A stretch of 60,068 nucleotides of DNA, the filler included, from Sphacelaria rigidula (Eukaryota), in assembly GCA_964200075.2 (NCBI GenBank). It is 5 parts of 5 records of this genome, joined end to end, with 100 filler letters (N's around TTAATTAATTAA, not from the genome) between each part and the next. Parts side by side here need not be neighbours in the genome. Positions count along the whole stretch, not along the records: positions 48,136 to 60,068 come from CAXNAA020004324.1; 4 more parts are not named here. One strand, given 5' to 3'. Each line of letters begins with the position of its first letter. The stretch's first letter is position 1. The position numbers were made by a program, and so were the translations under genes. This document shows, piece by piece, positions 50,792-60,068 of the stretch. Below the pieces are notes generated by a model. That model saw nothing but the letters and a program-made list of their open reading frames with translations, ran no database searches and had not been told where the DNA came from.

Positions 50792-52030
50792 TTGTCCGGT
50801 GATGGTTGTAGTGTACAGCATGAGGATGGCGTTGCAGTGGCTCATTCCGAAAATGTTGCGCACCCCGCCACCGCCGATTTCTCCCAGCGCTCTGGGTTCA
50901 ACTCTGCTGTCGCAAAAGAATACGCTAAGCTCAACATCAAACTGTTGCCTGAATTACCAGCTTTGCCACTTGCGCACAACCAACAAATCGGGGAGTTGGT
51001 TTCATTCTGTAGGTCGATGAAGGATGCCATTGAGAGCATCCGTGTCATCGCAGGAGATACCGACCCCGACCACTGGACACGTGGATGGGAAAAATGCTTA
51101 CAAAGGTATTTGTTACGCGCAATTCGCTCGGGCACGCAGGAAGCTGTGGCGTTACGGACCCACGTAAACGACGCGACCGATCAAGCGATCCGCATGCAGG
51201 AAGAGCAGGACAAGACTGGGCCGGAGGCTTTTGACCACTTTCTGGTCATGATGAGTAGAGTGCTTAGCAAGGTTACGCCCGAAGGGGTTATGAGTTTGTT
51301 AACGCAATTCACGGTTCCCGCGGGTACTTCGTTTGCAGTCTACCTATCAAAAATAAAACTCCTCATCTCAAATGTGCGCAGTATCGGGCGGTACGCCACC
51401 CCAGGTGACCCTGCAATTCAGGCGGCTGTCAAAACGAGCATCGACGATCAGTTTCCCGGAATCAGTGCTGTATTGTTTGCCCACAGAAACGATAGTCCCT
51501 CTCCTTTTGACGATATGGATCGAATGTTGTCGGCCTTGCGAGTTTATGAAACGAACCAGCTGGGTGCGGTGGAACCTAAACGTTTTGTGAATGTGGGCGA
51601 TGTAGGACATGGTCAGCGCGGAAAAAGCCGCCATGGCCCTGGGTTTGGTCAACGGTCTAGCCAAGTGATGATGGTGCGCGGTGGAAAAGACTATGACGAG
51701 GAGGAGGATGAGTATCGGTATGTTTATACGGTCGCCGAACGGAGGCGCAATAAGCGTGGTTTTGGGCCGCATAATGACCCGCCGTTTTACGAACCTTTTG
51801 GCAGTAGAGAAGAGCGCATTCAAAAGCGGAAAAGTTTTGGTCCCTTTTGCTTGAACTGTGGAAGTAGCGAGCACACTTTGGCTCGCGATTGTCCGGAGCC
51901 GTTCCTCAATAAGTCAGGTTTAATTCACCATGCCATCGGGCAAGGTTCTGTGGATGAGGCGGAGGCCCGCTGGCGTCGATGGCAACAGCGTTTGCGTGCG
52001 TACATTCAGGAGCGCAGCAAGCAGAACTGA
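50792..52030 (+). CDS. gag: Gag core (capsid-like helical region plus zinc knuckle); frame is open from 50516
   Basis: Lies directly upstream of pol in the same frame. Zinc knuckle CLNCGSSEHTLARDC and a helical capsid-like region (F..YL..I..L). Confidence 0.8.
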   Translation: MSGDGCSVQHEDGVAVAHSENVAHPATADFSQRSGFNSAVAKEYAKLNIKLLPELPALPLAHNQQIGELVSFCRSMKDAIESIRVIAGDTDPDHWTRGWEKCLQRYLLRAIRSGTQEAVALRTHVNDATDQAIRMQEEQDKTGPEAFDHFLVMMSRVLSKVTPEGVMSLLTQFTVPAGTSFAVYLSKIKLLISNVRSIGRYATPGDPAIQAAVKTSIDDQFPGISAVLFAHRNDSPSPFDDMDRMLSALRVYETNQLGAVEPKRFVNVGDVGHGQRGKSRHGPGFGQRSSQVMMVRGGKDYDEEEDEYRYVYTVAERRRNKRGFGPHNDPPFYEPFGSREERIQKRKSFGPFCLNCGSSEHTLARDCPEPFLNKSGLIHHAIGQGSVDEAEARWRRWQQRLRAYIQERSKQN

Positions 52031-52042
52031 CGGTGCGACGGT

Positions 52043-55000
52043 ATGGTTAAGGCTGGCGTACCGACGGCAAGTAAGCCTGGGGGTGAGAGTGATGATGGAA
52101 ATGTTTCTAGTGCCGAGCCAGGTTCGTTGAATGTTATGAAGAAAGTCAAATTTCAACCGCCAGTTTATGAGGGGCGTGGAATTTTGACCGAAAGAGGTGT
52201 CAGTAGTCCAGGCACCGAAACGACTAAGTCTGTTAGGCACGTGACAGACGATGGTGTAGAGGTGAGGTGCGATTCACCTAGAATATGTGATCTAAGTAAC
52301 GAACGATCGTCGACGTTAACACCCACTCGTGGAATTGATCACTCCACATTGTGTTTGGAAAAGGCGGTGTGTGGTTCGATGCTTTTAACAGAAGTCTCCG
52401 CGTCTGGCGTTTTGAATGATGATGCAGTGTCCTCTGGTCACCGGAACGTTGATAATATGAAGGGTAGCTCCCCAATTTGTTCAAATGTTCTCTGCAACAA
52501 CCCCGGTGGTGGGAAGTTGAAAGCGCAGACATGTGGTCCGTATGTGCGCAATACCATGACCACTGGCCCTAGGGTGCAGGATAGGCCCGGTGTGAAGAGG
52601 GCTTCACACTCTGAAAAAGATCCCAATGCATTAGCTATCCAGGATCGTAGGATAACGATGTCACGTTGTGAATCAATAAATAATGATTCAGCCATTGGAC
52701 CGGATATGCAACGAAATGACTGTTATCACCCACAAGTTTGTTTGGCCGGAGTCCCGAACAAACCCGTTCGTGTGGCCGGAGTCCCGCACGAACCCTCTGA
52801 AACATGTCGTGTTATTGGTGAGGTATCTCATAATACAGGCGACAGAGTATTACAGCCAGTAAGAGAACTGGACAGCGAGGATTGTACGAGCAGGGAAAAT
52901 GCCGGAGTATCTGTTAATGCACCTAACACTACCCCCGACCTGTTGAAAACTCCGCGAAAGGGCTCACATGAATATGTCGTACCCTCTGTCCCTCCGAACC
53001 CCTGTAGAACGCTCAATGAATTGCGGTATGGTCGAGGCAAGACCCATATTTATGTGTTGGATCCCACGTCTGGCCGCCGTACTCGAAACCTCAAATCTAC
53101 ACCCGTACTCTCGCCTGCGCCGGTCTCCTGTTCCGTCGCGAGAGGGAAACGGGGGGCGTACTTGCCAGAACTCGACACCGCCGTAGCTGGAGAAGTGCGC
53201 TTGCGTCGTAAAAATAATACAGCGGAAGCTTTTGTGTATGCAGGTTCCAAAGCCACGCACAAACGTGCCTGTAACGTCCTGATTGACAGTGGTAGCCCGG
53301 CCACGTTTGTAACGCGTACCGTGTGGAATAGTATGCTTTCCAGCGGAGCGGCCACGGCTGATGGAATGAGAGAGGTTGATCCTATTTCGTGGGGAGGTTT
53401 TAATGGTGTACCACTGACTACGTCCTCACAGGTTAGGTTGAATGTCCTTTTTGCAGCCACATCAAAAGTAAACGATGGTGTCCAGTCCAACGACTCACCT
53501 TGTCTTGCTGTTTATGCTAATGTTGTGCCTGATGGCACTATGTCATACGACGTTTTGATGGGACGAGACGGGTTGTCTCAATTCCCTTTACGAAAATTTA
53601 CGGATTTTAACCGGGAAGAAACAATCATGACTCTAAACCTTGCGACGGAAATCAATCGGTATGAGGAGTGCGTGAATAACGCGATCGGACTCATCGAACG
53701 AGAACCTTTTGCTGATGAAGGGGTTCTTGTTTGTTTCAATGGCGCGCGAGCGCAAATATTATCTAAAGACCTCAACTGGGTTGCCGTCAAACTCACCAAC
53801 ACTGACGGAACGAAGGCCAAAAGTGGTAGTTATTACGTGCGGTTCGGAAAAGGTTGGTCTCCTTCGGAAATGATTGTGGACGAAGGAGAATCGGAAATTC
53901 CCTTGAAGAGTTTTTGCTCGGAGGAGGTGGTGGTTGAGCCGGGCATGGTACTGGGGACAGCCGGCGCTCCTCTTGAAGGAAGCAAGTTGGAGAACGCAGA
54001 AATTTCGAAAGTCGACATTTTACCCATCGCCGATGTGCTATCAGTTCTGGAAGAAACCTCGGAGGCACCGGAGTCCATGATGACTGGCCTAAACGAATTG
54101 CAAAAAGTCGCGTTCAAGCGTTTGTGGAAACGCATACCCCCACATCTCCGCAACATCAAGTTCGATTTGGAGGGCAAACATTGGACGGTTGAGGATATTG
54201 ATAATTTGGCCGACGTGTTGTGCAAATACTCTCACCGATTTTCCAAGGACAAGATGGACCTCGGATATTGCACTGTTGATCCTTTTCGTATCGACTTGAA
54301 GCCGGGTAGTCGGCCTGTTAAACAGCGACCGTACCGGCATAACCCGGCCTTGCAGAAAAAGGTGCAAATCGAGCTGGATCGCATGCTTGCCGCAGGACTC
54401 ATTCGGAAGTCTTATTCGAATTGGAGTAGCCCCCTGGTGGTCGTGAGTAAGAAGGATGGCGGAATACGTCTAACCTGCAACTACAAAAAGCTTAACGACG
54501 CCACTATCATACCAGTCCTCCCTATCCCCACAATCGACCAGCTATTGGACGAGCTGGGGGGTGCAAAAATTTTCACGTGTGTGGATATTTTGTCAGGGTA
54601 CTTCAATATTTCCATCCACCCCGACACTATCCCCTTGACCGCCGTTTGTACCCAGTCCGGTTTGTATGAGTGGTTGGTCATGCCCATGGGATGCGGTGGC
54701 AGCCCGGGTTGGTTCCAATCCATCATGGGTAGAGTGTGTGAGGGTTTGGAGCGGTGCCGCTTGTACATTGATGATATCTGTACTTTCAGCAGTAGTGGCG
54801 CCGAACACGTGCACGATCTAGCGCGTTTCTTCGAGAGACTGACCAAATTCAACCTAAAACTTGCTCCTAAGAAGGCACATTTGGGTGCAAAAGTAACCAA
54901 GTTCTTGGGGCACCGTATCTCGGCAGAAGGAATAGCGCCTGACCCGGACAAGGTTGCGGCTTTGGAAAAGATGCCGATGCCTACGAATGTGTCCCAGCTG

Positions 55001-58000
55001 AGATCCCTGTTGGGAGGGCTCAGTTACTACCGCAAGTTTTTGCCGAAAATGGCGGCGCTAACGAAGCCTCTAAATGATCTTCTCAAAAAGGGCGTGGATT
55101 TCAATTTCACACAAGAACATACCGCCGTTGCTCGATTGTTGCTTTCCAAATTGGCGAGCCCTGACGTTTTGGCCTTCCCCGATTACGAAGGGGCAGCTAC
55201 GGGAGGGCGACCGTTCATGTTGGTTGTCGATGCGTCGGGAGACGGACTGGGGGGAGCGGTGGGGCAAAGGCAAAAGGATGGCACCGTTCGTCCGTTATGC
55301 TTTTTCAGTCGTTCCACCCTACCCAATGAGAAAAATTGGACTGATACCGAACTAGAGATGGGTGCTGTGGTTTGGTCGGTAAAGAAAAATAGGCCTTTGT
55401 TTTACGGGGTGCCTTTTGAAATTTACAGCGACCATCAACCTTTACGCAACTTCTTCAGTCTGGCAGAAAAGATCCCACGGGTCCAACGGTGGCAAGATTT
55501 TTTGAGTGCATACTCGTTTACACTCCGTTACAAGCCTGGTCCGGTGAATGCTAACGCAGACATGCTGTCACGCCTGCCGACCGACTATAGTGAGGAAGAT
55601 GTTTCGGGTAAATACAGCATCACCAACCCGGACGATGTGGACGTGTACTTTATCGGCGCGAGTGGCGTTCAGCCCAGACTGTTTTCACGACCGGATAGTT
55701 CAAGCTTGGATGGGCTTTGCCCGAAACACCATTGTTCCATTTTGGATGGGCTTCGCTCTGACTCTCGTGGAGGGGGTGATAATCATCGTGGCACAACCTC
55801 TATCTCTGCCGTAGCTCCGGTCCTGGGAGAGGAGCCCAAGGTAGTGGAGGATCGCATGCCACTTATTTTTCCGAACTTTGTGACGAGTGGTCAATGGGAA
55901 TCAGGGTTAATCTTACATGCATGTCCACTCACGGAAGTAGGGAGCAGGCTGTTAACGGCACCGACTAATATCGATGTTCACGTTATCACCAACGAAGAAG
56001 GCGCGGGCGCTGGTGCAGCTCACTCGCTCGGTATTTCCGAGGCACATAATTTTGGGGAAAGGCTGTGTCAAAAATCGGCAAAAGATTGGGCTGACCTTCA
56101 GCAAGAAGATATCACCGCGCGTACCGCTATTGAATTTCTGAGCGAAAATATAAGAACTCTGACCAGTGAACAAGAACAAGCCGTTTCATCGGGAGTAGAC
56201 CTGAAAGAACTCCGTCGGCTGTTGAACGGAGGGGACATATTGGAGCTCTCTACCGGTGCGCAAATGCTGGTCAGAAAAGCGACGGAGGAACCGTCGGATC
56301 AAGAGGATCGTAATCCAGGCACTTTTGAACGATATCTAGGGGAGGAACCAGTTCGTACGTACGTACCCATGTTGGTGAGACCATGGGTCATGGATCAAAC
56401 GCACAAGGAAGCGGTGCACCTGGGGGAGAAAGTCACGTTATCTCTGCTACAACGGTACTACTGGTGGATCGGAATGAAAGACAGTGTAAAGTTCTGGATC
56501 CGAAGATGTTACTATTGTCAGAGTAAGAAAACAGCTCGAGCAACCGTACGCTGGCCGCTAGTCTCCCTTCCCTTGCCCAGCAGACCAGGCCAGATGGTGG
56601 GGGTGGATCTTTTGGGACCATTGCCGAAAACCTCGAAGGGTAACACTTACATATTGTTAGTTGTGGATTTATTCAGTCGACATGCCGAAGCATATGCCCT
56701 GTCGGGCGAGGAAAAAACAGCAGAAGGATGTGCATCTTTCCTCGTCAACAACTACATGCCTAGGTGGGGATGCCCGCACACTCTGCTATCTGACCGGGGG
56801 CCGGAGTTCACCTCCGCGATCAGTAGAGCAGTTTATAGTATGATGGGAACGGTGAGAAGGTACACCAGTTCATATCACCCTCAAACGAACGGCATGGTGG
56901 AAAGGTTGAACCATACACTGTGTCAGATGCTGTCCTACTTAGTGGCCGATGATCATAAAAATTGGGATGACATGTTGACACACGCAGTGGCGGCTCATAA
57001 CAACAATGTAAGTCGAGGGATTGGTTTGGCTCCGAATGAGGTACACATTGGCAGGTACCCCCGCATGCCGATGACAATTTTGAAGGGTCGAGGAGCTCAA
57101 GGACACCAAGGTCTGAAAGCTGACCAGCTGCAATATCTGCAGCTGATGCGTGACAGACAGAAAAAAGCCTACGAGCTCGTAAGACAGGAAGATTCGATCA
57201 CGAAATCAAAGCACGAAGCCGCGAATGAACATCTGGACGAAATTGTCAACCGCCGACCAAAGTGGGAGGCGGGGGACTGGGTATTTGTCTATGATGAAAG
57301 GGGAACCCTTTCCAGAGGAGGTCACGCGGTGGTGCCGATTTCGGATGGTGGAAAAAAGTCTTTCACTCTATCAGTAAAATTGGCTCAGTGCTGGACGGGT
57401 CCGTATAAAATATTATTTGTGGGCCCCGGAACAACCGACCAGGGTGAAAACGTGGGCGACAACTTATTACTGTTGGATGTGAACAAGAATGAAGTTGGAG
57501 GAGGTTCGAGTTCACGGGTCGCGGTAGCTCGGTGCAAACGATGTTATAACCCGATGGACGGACCAGAAAAACCCAAACATTTACCATGGGGGTTAAGCCA
57601 GTATGTGCTCAACAAGTACTCGGAATGCTCACCGCCTCTGCATTTGACAGCCGAAGACGTTAATGTAGAACTTGACACGTTCCGCGTAACGCCGACCAGC
57701 ATTAGTGAACATCGGTTGTCACGAGGGCTGGGGGGCAAAACTGTTGTGCATTACTACACCGCCTGGGACAACTGCGAAAAGAAGAGATGGGAAAGTGAGG
57801 AGGATCTTAAACAATATGGCAAGAGTGTTATTTTGAATTACTGGATGGGAAATCCTGTGCAGGCTGGCGGACAAAATGCCAGGTACCGCAGGTACAGAAC
57901 TAACATGGCAAAGAGGTTGGTTGCGCGGGGGCAGGGTAGTCGATTTGTGCCACCAGGATATGTTCTGACGGATGATGCAACCCGAGGGCCGGATGTATAT

Positions 58001-58258
58001 CACCCCGATATAATTGGCTGCTACGTTTACTACAAAACCAAGAAGGACGGGTGGCATCTGGCTGAGGTTGCGGGACTGCAGGGCAATCCGGAGCAACTTC
58101 CGTTGCCGCATACTTTAAGGATGTTGGATCTGGGCAAACGATACAGTGTCCATTTGAGGAGGGAAAATTTGAAGGTCTCGCGGGGAAATCCGGGGGATTG
58201 GTGTTTTCACTATCACAATTCGAAGAAGACGACAAAACATTTCGCCCACGACATCTGA
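52043..58258 (+). CDS. pol: Pol polyprotein (protease, RT, RNase H, integrase, chromodomain, extra C-terminal domain), 2071 aa
   Basis: Protease LIDSGS (~53285); RT WSSPLVVV..DGGIRL, MPMG, YIDD (~54764), FLGH; RNase H VDAS (~55229) and YSDHQPL; integrase HHCC (H..HLG..CYYC, ~56400-56520) and DDE core (VGVDLLGP, SDRGPEF, NGMVERLN); chromodomain ISEHR..YYTAW..WESEEDL..NYW. Confidence 0.97.
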   Translation: MVKAGVPTASKPGGESDDGNVSSAEPGSLNVMKKVKFQPPVYEGRGILTERGVSSPGTETTKSVRHVTDDGVEVRCDSPRICDLSNERSSTLTPTRGIDHSTLCLEKAVCGSMLLTEVSASGVLNDDAVSSGHRNVDNMKGSSPICSNVLCNNPGGGKLKAQTCGPYVRNTMTTGPRVQDRPGVKRASHSEKDPNALAIQDRRITMSRCESINNDSAIGPDMQRNDCYHPQVCLAGVPNKPVRVAGVPHEPSETCRVIGEVSHNTGDRVLQPVRELDSEDCTSRENAGVSVNAPNTTPDLLKTPRKGSHEYVVPSVPPNPCRTLNELRYGRGKTHIYVLDPTSGRRTRNLKSTPVLSPAPVSCSVARGKRGAYLPELDTAVAGEVRLRRKNNTAEAFVYAGSKATHKRACNVLIDSGSPATFVTRTVWNSMLSSGAATADGMREVDPISWGGFNGVPLTTSSQVRLNVLFAATSKVNDGVQSNDSPCLAVYANVVPDGTMSYDVLMGRDGLSQFPLRKFTDFNREETIMTLNLATEINRYEECVNNAIGLIEREPFADEGVLVCFNGARAQILSKDLNWVAVKLTNTDGTKAKSGSYYVRFGKGWSPSEMIVDEGESEIPLKSFCSEEVVVEPGMVLGTAGAPLEGSKLENAEISKVDILPIADVLSVLEETSEAPESMMTGLNELQKVAFKRLWKRIPPHLRNIKFDLEGKHWTVEDIDNLADVLCKYSHRFSKDKMDLGYCTVDPFRIDLKPGSRPVKQRPYRHNPALQKKVQIELDRMLAAGLIRKSYSNWSSPLVVVSKKDGGIRLTCNYKKLNDATIIPVLPIPTIDQLLDELGGAKIFTCVDILSGYFNISIHPDTIPLTAVCTQSGLYEWLVMPMGCGGSPGWFQSIMGRVCEGLERCRLYIDDICTFSSSGAEHVHDLARFFERLTKFNLKLAPKKAHLGAKVTKFLGHRISAEGIAPDPDKVAALEKMPMPTNVSQLRSLLGGLSYYRKFLPKMAALTKPLNDLLKKGVDFNFTQEHTAVARLLLSKLASPDVLAFPDYEGAATGGRPFMLVVDASGDGLGGAVGQRQKDGTVRPLCFFSRSTLPNEKNWTDTELEMGAVVWSVKKNRPLFYGVPFEIYSDHQPLRNFFSLAEKIPRVQRWQDFLSAYSFTLRYKPGPVNANADMLSRLPTDYSEEDVSGKYSITNPDDVDVYFIGASGVQPRLFSRPDSSSLDGLCPKHHCSILDGLRSDSRGGGDNHRGTTSISAVAPVLGEEPKVVEDRMPLIFPNFVTSGQWESGLILHACPLTEVGSRLLTAPTNIDVHVITNEEGAGAGAAHSLGISEAHNFGERLCQKSAKDWADLQQEDITARTAIEFLSENIRTLTSEQEQAVSSGVDLKELRRLLNGGDILELSTGAQMLVRKATEEPSDQEDRNPGTFERYLGEEPVRTYVPMLVRPWVMDQTHKEAVHLGEKVTLSLLQRYYWWIGMKDSVKFWIRRCYYCQSKKTARATVRWPLVSLPLPSRPGQMVGVDLLGPLPKTSKGNTYILLVVDLFSRHAEAYALSGEEKTAEGCASFLVNNYMPRWGCPHTLLSDRGPEFTSAISRAVYSMMGTVRRYTSSYHPQTNGMVERLNHTLCQMLSYLVADDHKNWDDMLTHAVAAHNNNVSRGIGLAPNEVHIGRYPRMPMTILKGRGAQGHQGLKADQLQYLQLMRDRQKKAYELVRQEDSITKSKHEAANEHLDEIVNRRPKWEAGDWVFVYDERGTLSRGGHAVVPISDGGKKSFTLSVKLAQCWTGPYKILFVGPGTTDQGENVGDNLLLLDVNKNEVGGGSSSRVAVARCKRCYNPMDGPEKPKHLPWGLSQYVLNKYSECSPPLHLTAEDVNVELDTFRVTPTSISEHRLSRGLGGKTVVHYYTAWDNCEKKRWESEEDLKQYGKSVILNYWMGNPVQAGGQNARYRRYRTNMAKRLVARGQGSRFVPPGYVLTDDATRGPDVYHPDIIGCYVYYKTKKDGWHLAEVAGLQGNPEQLPLPHTLRMLDLGKRYSVHLRRENLKVSRGNPGDWCFHYHNSKKTTKHFAHDI

Positions 58259-60068
58259 TGGAGCTACGCTGGCGCAACAACGACGATCAACGACGATCGA
58301 CGACATCGACGACAACGACGACGCATCGACGGCGACAACGTCGACGCATCGACGACGACGACGACGACGAGCGGGCTGTACCTTGTCGTACGAAGGGGGG
58401 TTCGGCATCGGCACGAGACTCACGAGCGGAGCGCATATCACCTTGAGAGAAGGAGCAGAATCGCATATGTGGGGTACCTCGTGTTCCACTAAACATTTTA
58501 TTGTGTTTGCTCGTCCAACACACGCTCTCTTGTAGTTACATTTGGTTGGTTGTAGTTACTCTTGTTTGTTTTCCTCGGGAGTTCTGTTTACGCAGAACAT
58601 CGGGGCTGGTACGAGCATAGATGAGAAGGGCTACTGGTCTGTGTGTGGTAAAATAGTATGGAACAAACGTATTAAAAGAAAAAGAGGGGCAACGCCCTCC
58701 CGGGTGGACTTGTTTTTTTTTGGTTGGTTTTTTTTCTCATTTTGTTGTGGATGCTCTTCGTTCGCCTTGTTCCCTGTGCGGCATACCGACGTCTCGGTTG
58801 GGTCGAACGGATGCGACTGGGTGAACAATCTCTATCACAAGGCGATTTTAGGGCAGTAAGCGCAATGTAGACATTTTTCTCTTTCGTCCGAGTGTTGTGT
58901 TTCCTGTTTTCTCTTAAATTTTGGATTGGCGAAATACAAGGGCTGTACCCGCAGGAAGCAGGTAAACTATTGTGGTGTGTAAGGTATCCTAGGTGAAACA
59001 ACCCACTGGAAAAAAATAAAATAAAACAAAACACTTTTTCGGGCCGCTTAATCCTGTCTGGAACAACGGTTCGTGTTGTTCTCGTTTGGACGAGCGACGT
59101 CAGGGCAGCTTTCTCTCGTGTTTTGTTTTGCGTCGAGTTGATTCTTTGTGTTATGATTATCATTTTTTTTTTGTAACTGTTTTTTTTTGTGTTTTTTTTG
59201 TTTCCTCTCGCTGCTTCGTCGTGAGCCCTGTTCTCTGCGTGACCGACCGACGTTTTCATTACGGCGCAACACACGCCAGGGGTTTTAAAAAACGGGTTCC
59301 CTATGAATAGCAGTAGCTGTTTGGCTGGAGTTTCTTTTGTTGTGTTCGCCTTGCTTTGGTCTCATGTGCCCTTCTTTTTGAAAACTAGGTCGGCCAAGGT
59401 GACGACTTAACTTTTGGCTTCGGGGCAGTGCCAGTTTGAGCTCTCACGGCTTTGTGTTTGTTCACGAGGCACTCGCCCTGGAAAGGCTCCTACCTTGTTC
59501 ACAGGATGGGCTTATGTCGTGATCGCAAAACTTGGCTTGGTTCCCAGCCTTCGGTACGCTCAGCAAGTAAATATAGAACGGCAAAATTGTGGATTCCAGC
59601 ATACACCAACATCTAGGAAATAACGAACACTAATTATAGGAAGGTACGTGGGCGTGCCTGTGTGCATGACAAGTAATGACTTGGGCTCAATGTGGACTGG
59701 AGAATCTCTCAGTCAGGCATTCCAGCCGTGTTCATTTTGTGTGCTTGGTTTTGATGAAGAATGGATCAAGGAGGTTCCAAGAGTTATATGTGAAGCGTGA
59801 TGTGCAGCAAATTAGAACTCGGTGCGATGTAGTCCAAAGGAAGATAATATGGGGGACTGGAGGTTTGACCTGTGCGAAGAGCATGAGCACCAAGATGTGT
59901 GAATTGAGCTTGTGATTCATTCAGAATTTGGGTTTTGTGTTGAGCCACGCCCCCTGGCAATGAGTCTTCCAGGAGAGCCAGCTTAGCAGTAAATTATCTA
60001 CCAGTTTTAGACTACAAGCGGAATAATCAACACCGTCTACCAGACAGCCGTTTTGCTTGAAACACCAC

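Larger units (their letters stand above)
48136..60068 (+). mobile_element. Near-intact Ty3/Gypsy (chromovirus-like) LTR retrotransposon filling a whole contig
   Basis: gag-pol with PR-RT-RH-IN order. The contig starts and ends with the same 24 bp (CAGCCGTTTTGCTTGAAACACCAC). Probable LTR end ...CCTGACA at 48262 is followed by TT-TGG (PBS-like). Confidence 0.95.

Noticed and set aside
58672-59310. env-like or antisense ORF in the retroelement 3' region
   Set aside because: Low-complexity products of T/A tracts, with no signal peptide or ectodomain pattern.

Overview
Eukaryotic, repeat-rich genomic DNA, most likely a brown alga or other stramenopile (inferred from short exons in long repeat-filled introns, CAA/CAG-rich acceptors and TTAGGG-type motifs). 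It is not one locus. Five contigs of 11,933-11,934 bp (1-11934, 12035-23968, 24069-36002, 36103-48035, 48136-60068) are joined by artificial N-TTAATTAATTAA-N linkers. Contig 1: a decayed chromodomain-bearing Ty3/Gypsy element, SINE-like repeats, a TA-flanked MITE and a ~250-bp hairpin. Contig 2: two arginyl-tRNA synthetase exons, MITEs, and a hAT-like element carrying an 84-bp minisatellite. Contig 3: seven phase-compatible exons of a STAND/AAA (soluble adenylate cyclase-like) ATPase with a decayed LINE in an intron. Contig 4: a head-to-head pair of SBDS and a small beta-prefoldin/ASDURF-like gene with a GC-AG intron. Contig 5: an essentially intact Ty3/Gypsy chromovirus-like element assembled with identical ends. 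Its three ORFs share one reading frame separated only by single stop codons (TAG, then TGA-CGG), and it carries unusual accessory modules: MIU-like motifs in the Gag extension and a chromodomain followed by a Tudor/SH3-like tail on the integrase.
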